Assembly: GCA_964304625.1 (NCBI GenBank)
Contig: OZ199839.1
Location: 4,203,292-4,267,291 of the forward strand
Reading direction: 5' to 3'
From: Kudoa neothunni
Taxonomy: Eukaryota; Animalia; Cnidaria
DNA: 64,000 bases
Made by a program: the position numbers and the translations under genes. Numbering within the stretch: the first letter of the stretch is position 1; every line of letters starts with the position of its first letter. The notes under the pieces are model-generated. The model did no database searches and was not told where the DNA came from. It saw only the letters and a list, made by a program, of their open reading frames with translations. Shown here piece after piece: positions 13,089 to 26,800 of the stretch.

Positions 13089-14877
13089 TTAGAGAGGTTC
13101 GAATCACGCTGGAAAATCGCAAAGTAGGCATTAAAATGATATGAGTAAATTTCATTAGAAAATAGGATAACGATTTTTATTACTCTTATTTCCAATTTTT
13201 CGATTACTAACATTTCAAATTAAGCGTTTAAGCCAAAAAAGGATTGGTTGAATCTTGCCTAAAATGTACTTGGAACATTTCAACTTAGTTTATAGTAACG
13301 TGGATGTTCTGTCGTATGCGATTAAATACTTACCGTAAAATTGTTGGATATTTCACAAAATTCATAATTTTTACAAAATAGCAAATGAATTCGGATAAAT
13401 AAATTTTTTTATACCTATCATGATTTTTTGTAACTTTACAAATGTGACTTTATTTTGAGGGACGAATGCCGATGAAATGAGACACTAAAAGTGTGAAGTT
13501 TGGATCATTCGTATAACGCTTAGTCAAATTCAACTTATGTACTTTACGCTAAGTATATTGACCTCGGTGGAATAAGAAAAGTATTTTTGACTCTGTTCAG
13601 ACACATTTTTGAATGAATTGTACGTGTTAATTCCAAAATCCACATTTACGTATTTGGACATTAAACATTGGAGATTTTCTTAATGTCTCTAACATGGCAT
13701 TGCAGTTATCATGAGTTTACGGCTCATCAAAATATAGATAAAATGGAAAGCTTTACGAAATAATCACTATGTATTACAAATTATTACAAATAACTAGAAA
13801 ACCGGTTTTAGTACATAATTGAAAGAGTCCTCAGATATACAAATAAATGAGTTTTTCGAATGCAGGATATTAATGTTGGCCGGAAAAAATATCATTCTTT
13901 CGGAGATATATTTCCAAAATCGAACTTACAAAATAATCCACCTCTAAAAGTTTTAATACCCGACTTCGATATATCAATTTAATAATTGATAGATAAATTA
14001 TTTTGTTCTAACAACTCTAATGTTTTTGTATACAGACTGGAAGTAATTGGCATTTCATTGACACAAATTTTGGAAGTTCTCCCCGAAAGACCTTCCTCAG
14101 CTAATATTTTATAGTTTAGGTCCGCTTGTAACCAACCCCATCGTTAAAAATTTCTGTATTTATATTAATTTATATTACACTCTGTAACAAAGTGATTATA
14201 ACAGCTTTTATCACTGAAAAAATATTATGCAAAAAGTAATAATAAGACGTTCTTATAAGTACGTGTTTCAAATCTCCGACGTTGACATGAATTAATTGTG
14301 ATCATTTACATAAAAAAGCCATTATACAATAATTTGTCCCCCTTCTTTACCTTTCTACGATGATATAATTTTCATGGATTTTTTCTCCATCCATCATAAA
14401 TAACCAAATACTGTTTAAAATAAATGATCATAAAAACTTAATATTTCCCAATAATGTCTGCAAGAAAATATCAGTGTTTGCTCATTATAGTTTCAGCGAG
14501 TAATAGCTGTCCTGAAAAATGACCAACGTATATATTTAAACTATTAAAAATAAAAGATTATTAATATTTTTGTTACTTTAGCCAGCAACAAAATTTCCGT
14601 TTAAAATATAACCAGTTATATGTACAATTAAATCAATTATAAGATTAATAATTCTTCTAAAGTTTTTATACTTCTCGATCTTGTATCTACGCATGTTTTC
14701 ATGCCTTATAACCATAAAAGTACTACCACCTCAAGTTTAGAAATATTAATACAAATTAATGAGCATCAGGCCTAGGATGCATAACAACTATAACTCTATA
14801 AAAATGTGAGACACTTTATAGGGTAGAAAATTAGTAAAAGAATATTTTATTAAGAATTAAAATTAAGGAATAATTGT

Positions 14878-17800
14878 TCAGACACCTAAATGAGCCGCTA
14901 CATTTTTTAAGAGTTCGGTCAGAAATGTATTCACATTCTACAAAGAACCATTACAGAAAACCTCCCAACAAAGTGGATACCTGATCAGAGGGGCCATTGA
15001 CAGAGTAACTTTTGGCTTGTTTGGCTTTGAAATAACGATGCTGTGGTTCAGCTACAGAATATTAGAATGCGTACCGTACACTTCAAATAAGGTCTTACAA
15101 TTGTGTGATAAATCTTGAGTGTTCGTGTTGCTGCCGGAAAGTTTAAGTATGGTGGCCAATGTAGAAAAAAGTGGATAACTGAATGAAGTAAACAAAGATT
15201 CCCTTATAATGTTAGAAATTTCCTTAAATCTAAAAATAGGTAGCGAGTTAAAAACTATCAGAATGTAATTGGAAACCTTTTATTAACATATTCCGGATAT
15301 GCCAAGGCCAATATTCCTGCAGAAAAAATTAAATGGTCACATTGAAGATGGTATTGAACAGCGTCGTTGCATTTTTTTATTAGAAGGTCTACCATAATGT
15401 TCACTTCATAACTTGTGAGATTGTAGCTTTTGAGAGTTTGGGCTTGAGCATCGAATATTTTATCAATTCCAACACCTAATTGTATTTTTTGTGTGAGTTG
15501 ATTCAAGAAATGAAACGACATTCACTTTGATGTTTCACCGTGGAATCCATACGCTGATTGATCAGATGAGTAATAATGCGGTCATCATTGTACAAAGCTA
15601 AAGTATGATTAGGAAATAGTTGAATAACAGCTCTATTGATAAAGTACCCATGACTAAAACAGTGTTCATTTTGTCAATTTTTGAAACAACTCTAATAATT
15701 TAATTTAGTTATTCGAAATAACGGATTATGATTTAGGAGCTAAATTTTTACGAGGAATAAATTTTTCCTGTTGAATTAGGAGTATGAGGGTTTGGTGTTA
15801 ATTTTTTGTTAGAACATGAAAGATCGTGATCCATCTTGTTAATGCAAATCAGCAAACTGAAAACAGCAATGATTAGATCAGCTATTTTTGAATGACCATT
15901 TTGCATTGACCACGAAAAATCTAATCGTTCGTCAAACGTACTTCTAGTGAAGTTGGGGAAAATTACACGGGTAGATCGCAGCTACAAATGAGAACGAGAA
16001 AGACGTGCTAAAATCGATATTTGTGATCATTTTGAATTTATTTATTATATTTCGAATTGGAGCCTCTTTGGTGATATCGGAAAAGTATTTCTGGAACTAT
16101 TAGATTGGAGAATAAAAAATCAGCATTTAGCAGACCGTAAGTGAAAATTACGGTTAGATTCGCCGGTTTATTTTGGATAAAATTTGAGAGTATACTGTAC
16201 AAAATGTTCCAACAAACCTCAGGAATATTTTCTGCGTTGGTCTAGATAGAAGTTAACAATATCATTCATCATTAATAAAGATGTAATACCTGTATTAAAA
16301 TAATTACTAAAATAAATACACAGCCTTGTAAATCGGAGAGCTAATATAAATAAGATTGATCATATATGTCGATCAGATAGTTGAATTTACATAATCAACG
16401 TTGTTTATTATTTCGTATAGGCAATTCAAACACACGCTATGTATGGGAGTTGCTGTTGTAGGGAGTGGTCATTAGTTTGCTTAGGATAACTAGCAACTGC
16501 TGGAAGTGTTTTTGTTCGCGATGGTCAATCAAAATCGAGCAAGAGTAGACTGTTAATGCGGGTATAAGAATGATTTTATTTATTTCCTCTTCAACAAGTG
16601 ACAAACGTCCGGTAGAGTCTTTGGGGAGGTTGATTTGGTTTAATTTAGAGAAAAGAGTTGATTCTAACACTTCCCCTTTAAGAAGAGAAGCAATATCAGC
16701 ACTAAAGTTTTCAACTTTTGTGTACTAGATTAAAGATCAAGAAAATCAACCTGAGTAGTTTGATGTGATCCAAAAAAAATTACATTCATAACCAACGATT
16801 TGATATCATACAACAGCAGTTTGTAAGTTTTAATAAGAGGTTTGTTTTCAAAAATTTCGTTCAGTGAACTAATTTGTGTTTCATTTTTAATATCTAACAG
16901 TTTCAATTATGATGTATTCCTTTTTAATTTTTGACTAATCCTTAAATACCATTTATTTGGAAAAATCTGTAATTGATTGAGGAAACATAACTTTGAATGA
17001 AATTTTCGTTTACAGCGGATTTGACGGAGCTAGGAATTGAACCAGTTGATGAAGTCAACGGGAATTCTTCATTGCTCAAAACATAGAGTATGTTTGCTGC
17101 GGCCGAGACAATATCTAGAACGAATTTCTTTGGTACTACCAGAAGTAGACTGATCAAATGAATTAGAATTTTGGTAAATGTATTCTTATCTACATATAAG
17201 ATAGCACAACTAATGATTAGTCAAAAGTTCATACTTATTTGGAAGGTCTCGTAAGTTACAATGCTAAGAATCCGTATGAAAAACGATAATGTTTCATTCT
17301 GGTAATCTGGATTCAGTATATCTGAATTGATGTTTGAGTATATCTAAGAGTTAGTTTAACCCTCCTATTATATTGTCAATAGAATAAAGTAAGCGTATAA
17401 ATTATGATCAAAAGAGTAATGTGAGCATATAAATTTAAGTTAAATGAATATTTGTTACATATTTTTTAAAAAAATTATAAAGTACGGTTTTCATTTCTGA
17501 AAAAACGTCATCAATCAAAAATTCATGATTTGCGGAAATCTTGGAGAGCGAAGCGTTTATCATCATATATAATTCTTCTGGTTGCATTTTGTAGCAGACT
17601 TTGTGATAGAACTGTTTGCGTAACGAGTAGAAATACGCGGTAATTTATGCGAATTACCTTTTTGAAATAAACCCAGGCTTCTTTAGCCATCTTCTTATCA
17701 AGAGCGATGTATTTCCACACATAATTGGATAGCTTAGACAAAACTTTGTTGTCACTAAATGTGAGAGTGACGATTGAATGCACAATGTTGATAATATCGA

Positions 17801-20800
17801 ATCTTTCGCTGTCTTTTATCTGTCGGGATATTCTAAATAATTTCAGTACAAAAATTTGATAAAACATATTTAACAAATCTTTGGTCAGTTATTTGTTTCA
17901 ATTTTTATATTAATTAATATATTTTCTCATAATGTTATTGTATACAATAATCGAGTAAGAAATGCTTTCAGAAGAATCTAATAATTATAAAAATCCATAC
18001 TTTACCAAATTGCTCATCCAAGGTTCCAAGTAAATTATCACAACATCTCTTATTTCATCTTGGAAGGAGTTCAAAAAGTCCAATGTGCATTGTATAAATC
18101 CGATGGTAAAGGAGGGAGCATCCATCGATATCATTTCACTTACCATAGATAGTACTGAAAGATGTGAATTACAAATCCATTCCCCTAATTATATGTATAA
18201 AAATAAAAACGTAGCATTTTCAAATTAACCTCTTGTGTTAAGATAATCTAACGAACGACCCAACTCGTATCGCTTGGCCATAATTTTGAGGAATGATACA
18301 GCTTGAAGCTTCGCTTGAATATTTTGGCTCAGGAATATTTTAAACGCCTAAAATGATACCTTAAACACACATTTTTGTAAAAAGACCTATTTACAACTGC
18401 GATAGCCTTTCCAATGAAAAAATTTTCGAAACTATTCAGCGAACACATGATTACTGATGGCTACATTCACACACATTTAGATATGCATATAAAAAATCAA
18501 AATCCGTAAAATTTAACTCACTTTACATCTAGCTTTTAAACAGATTTAACTGTTCCAAAATTTTCATTGCATTTTGTGACTCCAATTTTTTCAAAATGTC
18601 CCCATTTAAATTAATTTCAATAACTGTACCGAGAACATTCACCTAGAATCGTTACATAAAAGCATCTTAAAAGAACGACTTACATCTGTTTATAGTCGAA
18701 TATTTTATCACGTCTGTTATAACTTGTTTCGATTTTTTTCTCTCATTTAATACAGCGTATTTCAACACAATCTCATGCTTTTTTATCTACATTAATTGCA
18801 TTGTGAATCCAACTCGATCGAGTGAAAATTCATACTATCATATTCACATGTGGGGTTGTGTTGTAGGTGACAATAAAATTAATATCTGTATCATCGGTAA
18901 TGAATGTCGAAATATAACCTAAATCTGGTTTGTCGATGATATTTCCAAGTTCTTTTGCATCGTCAATAAATATGATTTTCGAATAAATCTACAGTTTATT
19001 TAATACATCGTATTATTTTATCGTTTTATACTCTCTTCAAATATGTTGAATAGTTAAAAATATCGTAAAGGTCCTTTGGAAAGTTTATCAAGTAGATTTT
19101 TTGTAAGCGAATCATAACAAACGAATCCGATTGCTCATAGTCATGAGGATTAACCAGTTTTATCTAATAAAAAATAATATTTATTGATTATGGGGTTTTC
19201 AATTACAATTTGATGCTTATTTTGAAATCCGTATGCGTCAATCACTAATATCCAAGGAGCATCATTATCAGTACGAGGTATTGTATTGAGTAGTTCGAAA
19301 AGCGAATCAAATGGTGCTTTTTGGACATTTCTATGCGATGGAATTTTGCAATAATTACCAAACTTTAAATCTAACGAATTTACTCGAATGAGGCCAACTT
19401 TAAAAGATATATCTCGGTAGAAGGATCCAATTTGGATTGAGGAGATAACTTTAGCTAAATATTAAATGATATATGTAAAATTTATTTTAAATTTTAATTA
19501 AAATTACATTGATAATGAGGTTGAGTTGGTCTTTAAAGTTGTACTGAATTTGTTGAACCATACTTTTGTTTACAAAACTACTGCTTGAGAATATGTCCGA
19601 ACTATCGTTGTTGTTGTTGTTGTTATTATTCAAACTTTTAGTGGGCCTAAATGCCTCGTTAATTATGCGGTGATAAACATCAAAATTCTCTTTCAATATA
19701 GACACGTACAAATGATTTGCTGTTAGCTTTAGGTTATTTTCAGACATAAATTGCTGTTGTAATTCGGTAAAGTGATTGACCTTAAATAAGTACTCTTCCA
19801 ATTTCTTTAACAAAGTCTTGTCTACAGATCTACAGTTGGTGATCACAGATTAGATCGGAATTGAAGAATGAATGATTACTCCACTTCTGTAAAATTTTCG
19901 TAGTTTGAAGGCAAATTCATATAACAACTGGCCAACACATCAACAATAGTGTTAGAGTTTTCTAATTTTGGTGACTTGGCAGTGGAAATACTTTTTGGGG
20001 TATACTCAATGAGGTTATCAATAAAACTAAATAATTAGTTATCGAGATAAATGTTTTCTCAGATACGTCTCCATCTTTGGAATGGATTGTTTAATATAGA
20101 AATCAAATGGCTGCATAAACTCTTCTTTTGCTCGCGATGTCTTATTGGCTATGTTTTGTAAAATCTAATCGCACAGACAAATAGTTAAAATATCACTAAT
20201 ATCTTTTTGAATGTTTGCCTACTTTGGATAATAGCGTTACTGCACGGTTCAATTTTTTCTCGAGCGCGTCATTTTTGGCATATTTAGAAATGCAGTATTG
20301 TATCTGCGGATTAAAAAATCTCAAGCAAAATATACTGGCCACTGTGTTTTTCGCATCTTCAGGATATTTCACGTGAATTGCCTATTATTGCGACCGAATA
20401 ATATATATTTTATAATACAAAGTTAATTAACTACCGTATACAACGCTTTAGCTATAATTTTCAGCTGTTCAGGTGATCTATTAAATTTTATTTTTTGCGC
20501 TACGTAACACAACCAATACTTTTCATGATAACGATACAAGGTTTTCATAAATATATTAACCAGATTTGCCAAATTGTTGCGATTATTGTTCATATTACAA
20601 GGAGCATCAATTCTTCTACTATCAACTTCGTATTCGTTTTGCGGTTCGTTTACTATCTTGTCTACCACTGGTTGAACCAAAAGACGAACGTGCTCCATGG
20701 CTTTCACCCGAAATATGCTTTGGATCAGTTTGAGTGCCCCTGACTCGGATCTAAACAGTACTTGCTTGCTAGTGGAAGATGCTACCTGTCGAAGAATTTA

Positions 20801-23800
20801 TTATTAATTTATTTTAATTTATAACCAAAACTTACTTCCTCTGTGGCAATCGACTCCACAAAATCATATAAAAGCCCTCTTTGTGTAAACAAGTCGACTA
20901 TGATAAAACCAAAATTGTCCTATTTGTATAATGCAATTTCGCTACTATTTACATTTAAAATGTTACAATATTGGCTGTGTTGCACAGCTTGAAGAAGACA
21001 GTCTCAGCCACTAGGTATCGATTCTCAATTTTTGTTATCAAAATATCTCCGATCGCGTCAGCATCAGCTTTTAATGCAAGAAAATCCCCATAGAAACGAT
21101 TACATCCAATCTAAATATAAAATAACAACCACGTGCAACCTTTGATATATTACAATCTTGTAAACGTGACAAATAATGCTGAATAGGTCGCAACTGTGCT
21201 CGTTGAGGGCATAAGTATCGAGGATTTCTAAATTTGGATAACATAATTTGAAAACTCAATTAAACATAGCCGTTCTCTCATTTATATTTTTATTATAAAG
21301 TTCCTTAAAATGTATACATTTAATATAAACAATTAACTTGTACTGATGCAAACACACTCACAACCTTATTTGAAAAAAAATCATTTAGAGATTAAACAGA
21401 TATCAGCTCGTATTTTTCAATAAACTTATGAAAAAATTAAAACATTAAAAGGACCAAATAATTTGTTGTAAGTATGGCTCTTATAAACAAAAATAGATTA
21501 AAGTGTAATTAGGGGTTATTTTTTCATAACGGAAACCCATCTAAACAGCTACCACGATAATTGTAACTTCTGAATATTAATTAAACGTCTACTATTTCTC
21601 AATTATGTCTGGCAAAAACTGAATTAATGAATGGAAAAGTAAACCAATAATTTATATTATAATTTATCGACAAAAACATAATAAATATAGATCGAAGGTT
21701 ATTTTAGGTTTATAAGAGGTTTTAAGCGCCTAAAACATTTTTTAACTTATCTTAATAATGTTTTGGTAATTAATGTTTACATTGATCTATTTTATAATCA
21801 AAGATTTTAACATCAAATAGAAAAATATGGATATACCTAGATAAGGTAATCACTACCAGAGCGACCTTACAATGGAGGTGTAATTATTATTAATATTAAA
21901 AGTTAGATTGCCTTTATAACTTTTTAATCAAATGTTTATTGAATTCTTAGTTAACACTCATACTTAAGACGAAATAAATACAGTAGGTGCCCACGACCTG
22001 TTAAGTGCCCTCGAGTCGTTATGACGCATGTGAATAAAGCAAAATTTTAATATGAGCTCTTGCAACTTAGTCTCTCCTATTTATCACTATGTTTATATTT
22101 ATATTCAAAAGTATATTAATAAAATAAAATTTTCTTATAACAATCATGTAAAGATTAAATGCGATTAATCTAGTCCAGGGGTTCCCAACTGGGGGTGCAA
22201 ACTTTGGTCTCAGGTAGTGCGAGTCTTGTTTTAGTTAGGAAGCGTTGATCTAGTCTATCCTTGACTTTAATTTGTAGAAACAAACCATTTAGACGATGTG
22301 ATGATAATACCAATGATTTCTGTCAACAAAAATTTTAACAAATAATAAATGCAATTCACACATCAGGTTTTATTGCAATCAAAATTATTTTTTATTTTAA
22401 CCATAGAGGCTGGGACGATTTTAAATATAAACATGCAGAAAACTTTCTTAATGAATCACTATATCTTAAGGAAGTGTTGCGTAACAAATGAACTATTTTC
22501 TGTACTCAAGAGAAGTAGGAGTAAGAGTTAATAATCAAGATAAATTTAATATATGTTGATATACTCAATAAAATATAACTAAAGTTTTTAGCATACTCGT
22601 TAGTTGGATTTTGCTTTGGAAAAGTTTTTAATATTTTACTGGTAAAGCTTTGGCATTCTTGAACCGTAAATCGTCGTTTCTAGATCTATGACCGTAGATA
22701 ACATTTGATAATTTCGTTTTCTGAACAATTTGTACATTTTTCTCAAATAAATTAGAGCAAAATTCATAGAAATAGTAAATTTTTTAAATTTGTTTTGGTT
22801 ATTTGTAATTTTCATTCCATTATGAGACTTCATAATGGATTCTTTATTACCCAAAATCCTGTTTAAAGAGGATAGATATTTTAAGTTAAAATTATTGAGA
22901 ATTTTAGTTTATCTGTTTTTTCCGATTCGATATTCTTTCATAATATGGCATTATATCCATTTTATCTGTCAAAGAACGTACCTTCTTGGTTTTCTTCAAG
23001 TGCCCACGAGTCGTAAATTTGAGCTAATTCTTATATACAACGAATTAAAACCAAAACTGAGGTTTTAATAACTTATTATAATTGTTGTGCTTTTATTTGA
23101 TTCATTTTAATTAGTCACAGTATTGTGTAAGTCATTAAATCATGGCAGGTGCCCACGAGTGGTAATGCGCACGAGCCGTCACCTACTGTATATTGCTAGT
23201 CTAATATTGGATAATCTTCAGAACACATGAAACAAATAATATTCCAAAAATTAATGAATGAAATATGATTTTCTTACTTTATATTAAAATATTATATAAA
23301 ACAATTAATTGTTAAAAAGTAATATCAGTTTATTTTTTAACTAAAATAAAAAATGTCTGTTATTCAGCGAAAGTCAACTCTAAAATATCTATTCCGAAGT
23401 TTTCCCCATTTATATAAGTATAAACAATATTTATCTATTTTTAGGTATTTTTAAAAATTATTTCAATATTTTCAGTTATTTTTCCATATGAAGTGTAATC
23501 AATAAGTATACTTAATATTAAAATATTATTTATGGAGTTAATTTTTTTATAGACTTCAAATATTTATAACTTTTTAACCAACAATTACTCAAACTTGATA
23601 CATATGTCAAAAATAAGTACTTTGAAAAATTAATTGAAACCGCAAGTTTAGACGAAAATGGTAATAGCGATATATTTTTTCTGATTATCTTTAAATTTAC
23701 ATATTTAGCAATAAAATGTTAAAAATGTAAATGCATGCAGATAAAGGAATTTTCCATTATGTTTTGGAGTATTCTTTAATATAAAACAGAACTTCCTGAC

Positions 23801-26800
23801 TTTCTTATTAGAGTAAATTTTTTTCATACAAAACAACCTCGACTTCATATTAAGTTGATCATAAGTAATCAAAAGATATTCTGTTCTAACAAATTTAACG
23901 TTAGCTCAATAATTTAAAAGTTAAATTCTTGTTTTATTTATAATTACCAATTTCAATTAAACTAATTGTAGTATCTTATTTAAATAAACTATTAATATAA
24001 CTATCAAGTATTTATTACTAAAAATATGATATCTGATTTAATTATTTTATTTAGGTAGATTACTGATAACCTTTAAGAAATTAGTAGTTTGTTGAGCCAC
24101 TTAATTAATTAGAAAAAATAAAAGAACATCGACGCTTTTTAACAATTAAATTATGTCTTAATTATATTCTATTCGTCAGTAGAAGTGAAAGCACTCTAGT
24201 TACAAACAATTTATCATAACTTTAATTAAATATCGGCCGATTGAAACTAACTTTCATACCATTCATAACGTCAAAAGTAACGTTCCAATTAGAAATTACG
24301 AAGGATGTTATGGTGTCTGTGAGGAGACGGTTGAGTTCATGGTTTTTTTTGAATAGTGGAAAGCTTGAAACATTCATCAGTTGTTGTAACACACTAAGAC
24401 GCAATAAGTTTTTGTAAATTTTGATATCCAATACGAAATTTGTTTCTTACCTGTTGAAATTGTGTTGTGTGGCGGTATAATAACTTTCTTTGGATGATGA
24501 TCTTTCAGGAGGCCATTTAAAATGAATAAATACATTTCTTAATGCCAAACACATAATCTGATACAGCTGTTCATTTCTAAATAACGTTAAGCTGAAAACC
24601 CTCCAGCGAATAGTATATAAGCAACCTTTTGATGGAAAGTTTGAGTGGATTATATTCCATAGAATGATTGTTATCCAAGTCGGCCAGATTGTCCAGTGCT
24701 TTGATATTTAACAATCCCGAGAGAAGAATGTCATTTATCTCACTCATCCAACCATACAGAATCTCGAAAATTTTCTGAGCATAATAACACAGTTTTAATG
24801 GCCATCTATAGTTTGGAGACTGGAACATTTTAAATATCACATTTGATATATCTCTGTAGTAGATTGGATCCACTTTCATATTAGAAAAGTGCACACCTGG
24901 GGTTATTAGCGTGTTCAGTAAAAAACAGATATTTTCATCATTTTCAGGTTTGTTGATGTGAAACAACCATTGGTTTTTGCTTTCATATAAAATATTCATG
25001 AGTTGAATAATGTTAACATAGAATATTGTAAAGTCGTTATGCTCCTAAAGGGAAAAGTTTATGATGTTTTGTGCAATTTTGTCATATATATTATATATTC
25101 ACGAGATCATATTCAAAATGTGATACCTGTTGTCTGACTAATAAATTGAAAATTGTGACTATTTTCGAAAGAAGTAAATCGGAGAATTCTGGATTTAAAT
25201 AATGACCGAAGGCTGTCATAATGCTATTGGTGGTCAAGTCTTCATTGTGATATTTATTTGTAAATAACGTCATGGCCAGCATAGCAAACCGTGTAGAATT
25301 ACTGTTTCACATCATTTCCGGAGGGTTGGAGTCAAAAATTAAATTAAACTTTAAAGAATATAATTTACTTATCTTCTTTGGTGTCGAAGGTAAGTGTGGC
25401 TACGTAAAACGAGTTGATCCTTCTTGGCGAAAACGGCGCTGACTAGATAAAACAAAAGTCAATTGACAAAATTATAATATCTTAAAAGTAATGTATCGTC
25501 TATTTTTACATTATCAGTGCCGGATTTTCTATCCAGATATTTCATAATAATAATGGGCAAACGGTTAGCAATTCCGGTATTGTAAGGAAGCGAAATTTTT
25601 GGGTTTGACACAGATTTTGAGCATGTAGTTCCAAAAACACTCGATGAAATTTCATGTGCCTTAAATGAATTAAAAATCAATTTTTTATTTATTCAAGGAT
25701 ATTATTGTATACCATTTGAAGAGCTTTTGAGTCGCATCTATTATCGGCAAGAATCTTCATCACTTGTATTTCTCCGCTATTTTTTCCAGCTAAAAATCAT
25801 ATAAATCGAACCATTAGTATAAATAATCAGATTTTTTGTTAGTTAAAAATACACATGAATTCAATTTCTGACAAATGCGAATTTCCTATCAATTTAAGCA
25901 ATTTCACAATCGACATTAATGTTTTTTCTGCACAGTGTTCTGGTTTAACACCAACTTTATCCACCCACTGATATTCAGCGGCAAGCAGGTTACAACAATT
26001 CAAAACCATCTTGCAAGCCCAAAAGTTATCAATCCACAAAAAAATATACAATGCATGCTAAAATATATTTCGATAGTGATTATTTTTTCTATTCTGCCAA
26101 TGCTGGAAAAAGTAGCTACGTTACCTCTACGGATTGAAGTGATCTGGATATTAAAGACTCTAGGCTGAGATTGATTTCCTTGATCTAAATCAAATATAGT
26201 TGATGTTGATAAAAGGTGTGTTAAATATACTTTATAATTGGGATTTCTCTTCATATATTTAAATTTTTCTTCCATAATAAATCCAATGGCTTGAACTACA
26301 TTAATGACAGTAATTTCGTTGGATTGCGTTTTGAGAACATCTTCAGCTAACACAGAAGCTAGTAAGAAACTACAAATATAATTTGAGAATTAAAATAAAT
26401 GTCTTTTATAAGCTGATATGGAAATACTGCAAGGAGATGTTCTTTTCAAACCAAATACTCATTGTTGATTCTGTATAGAGTACTTTAATAATCTTTAAAT
26501 ATAACATCGTAATATTGGAATAACAGATCAAAAGAAGAGGCGTTGTTACTTCATTTATTTCATCTGATATTTCTGGCAATGAATAATGCACTAGTAGTTT
26601 ACAAATACAAATGATGACGGTATTGATTTCTTCATATGATGAATTGGATGCATCCTAAATAGACTGAGCATAAATTGAGTTTTTAATGCAAAAATCTACC
26701 AGTAACATTTGATGTAAACATTTTTTGTATATTCGAAGACAGCTATGTAGCCACAATGTAGTTGAGTCATCAACCTGTCGATCCACTTCCTTTACTGCTT

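Noticed and set aside
11300-14800. Possible additional gene or Merlin/other transposase remnants
   Set aside because: No coherent exon chain or diagnostic motif could be read; probably old repeat debris.
14938-14980. NF1 last intron starting GTATCC as a U12-type intron
   Set aside because: Reads GTATCCAC rather than GTATCCTT, and no TCCTTAAC branch site is visible.
21981-23188. Repeated GTGCCCACGAG motif as a CRISPR-like array
   Set aside because: Only four short, irregularly spaced copies inside a TIR element in eukaryotic DNA; best explained as subterminal transposase-binding repeats.
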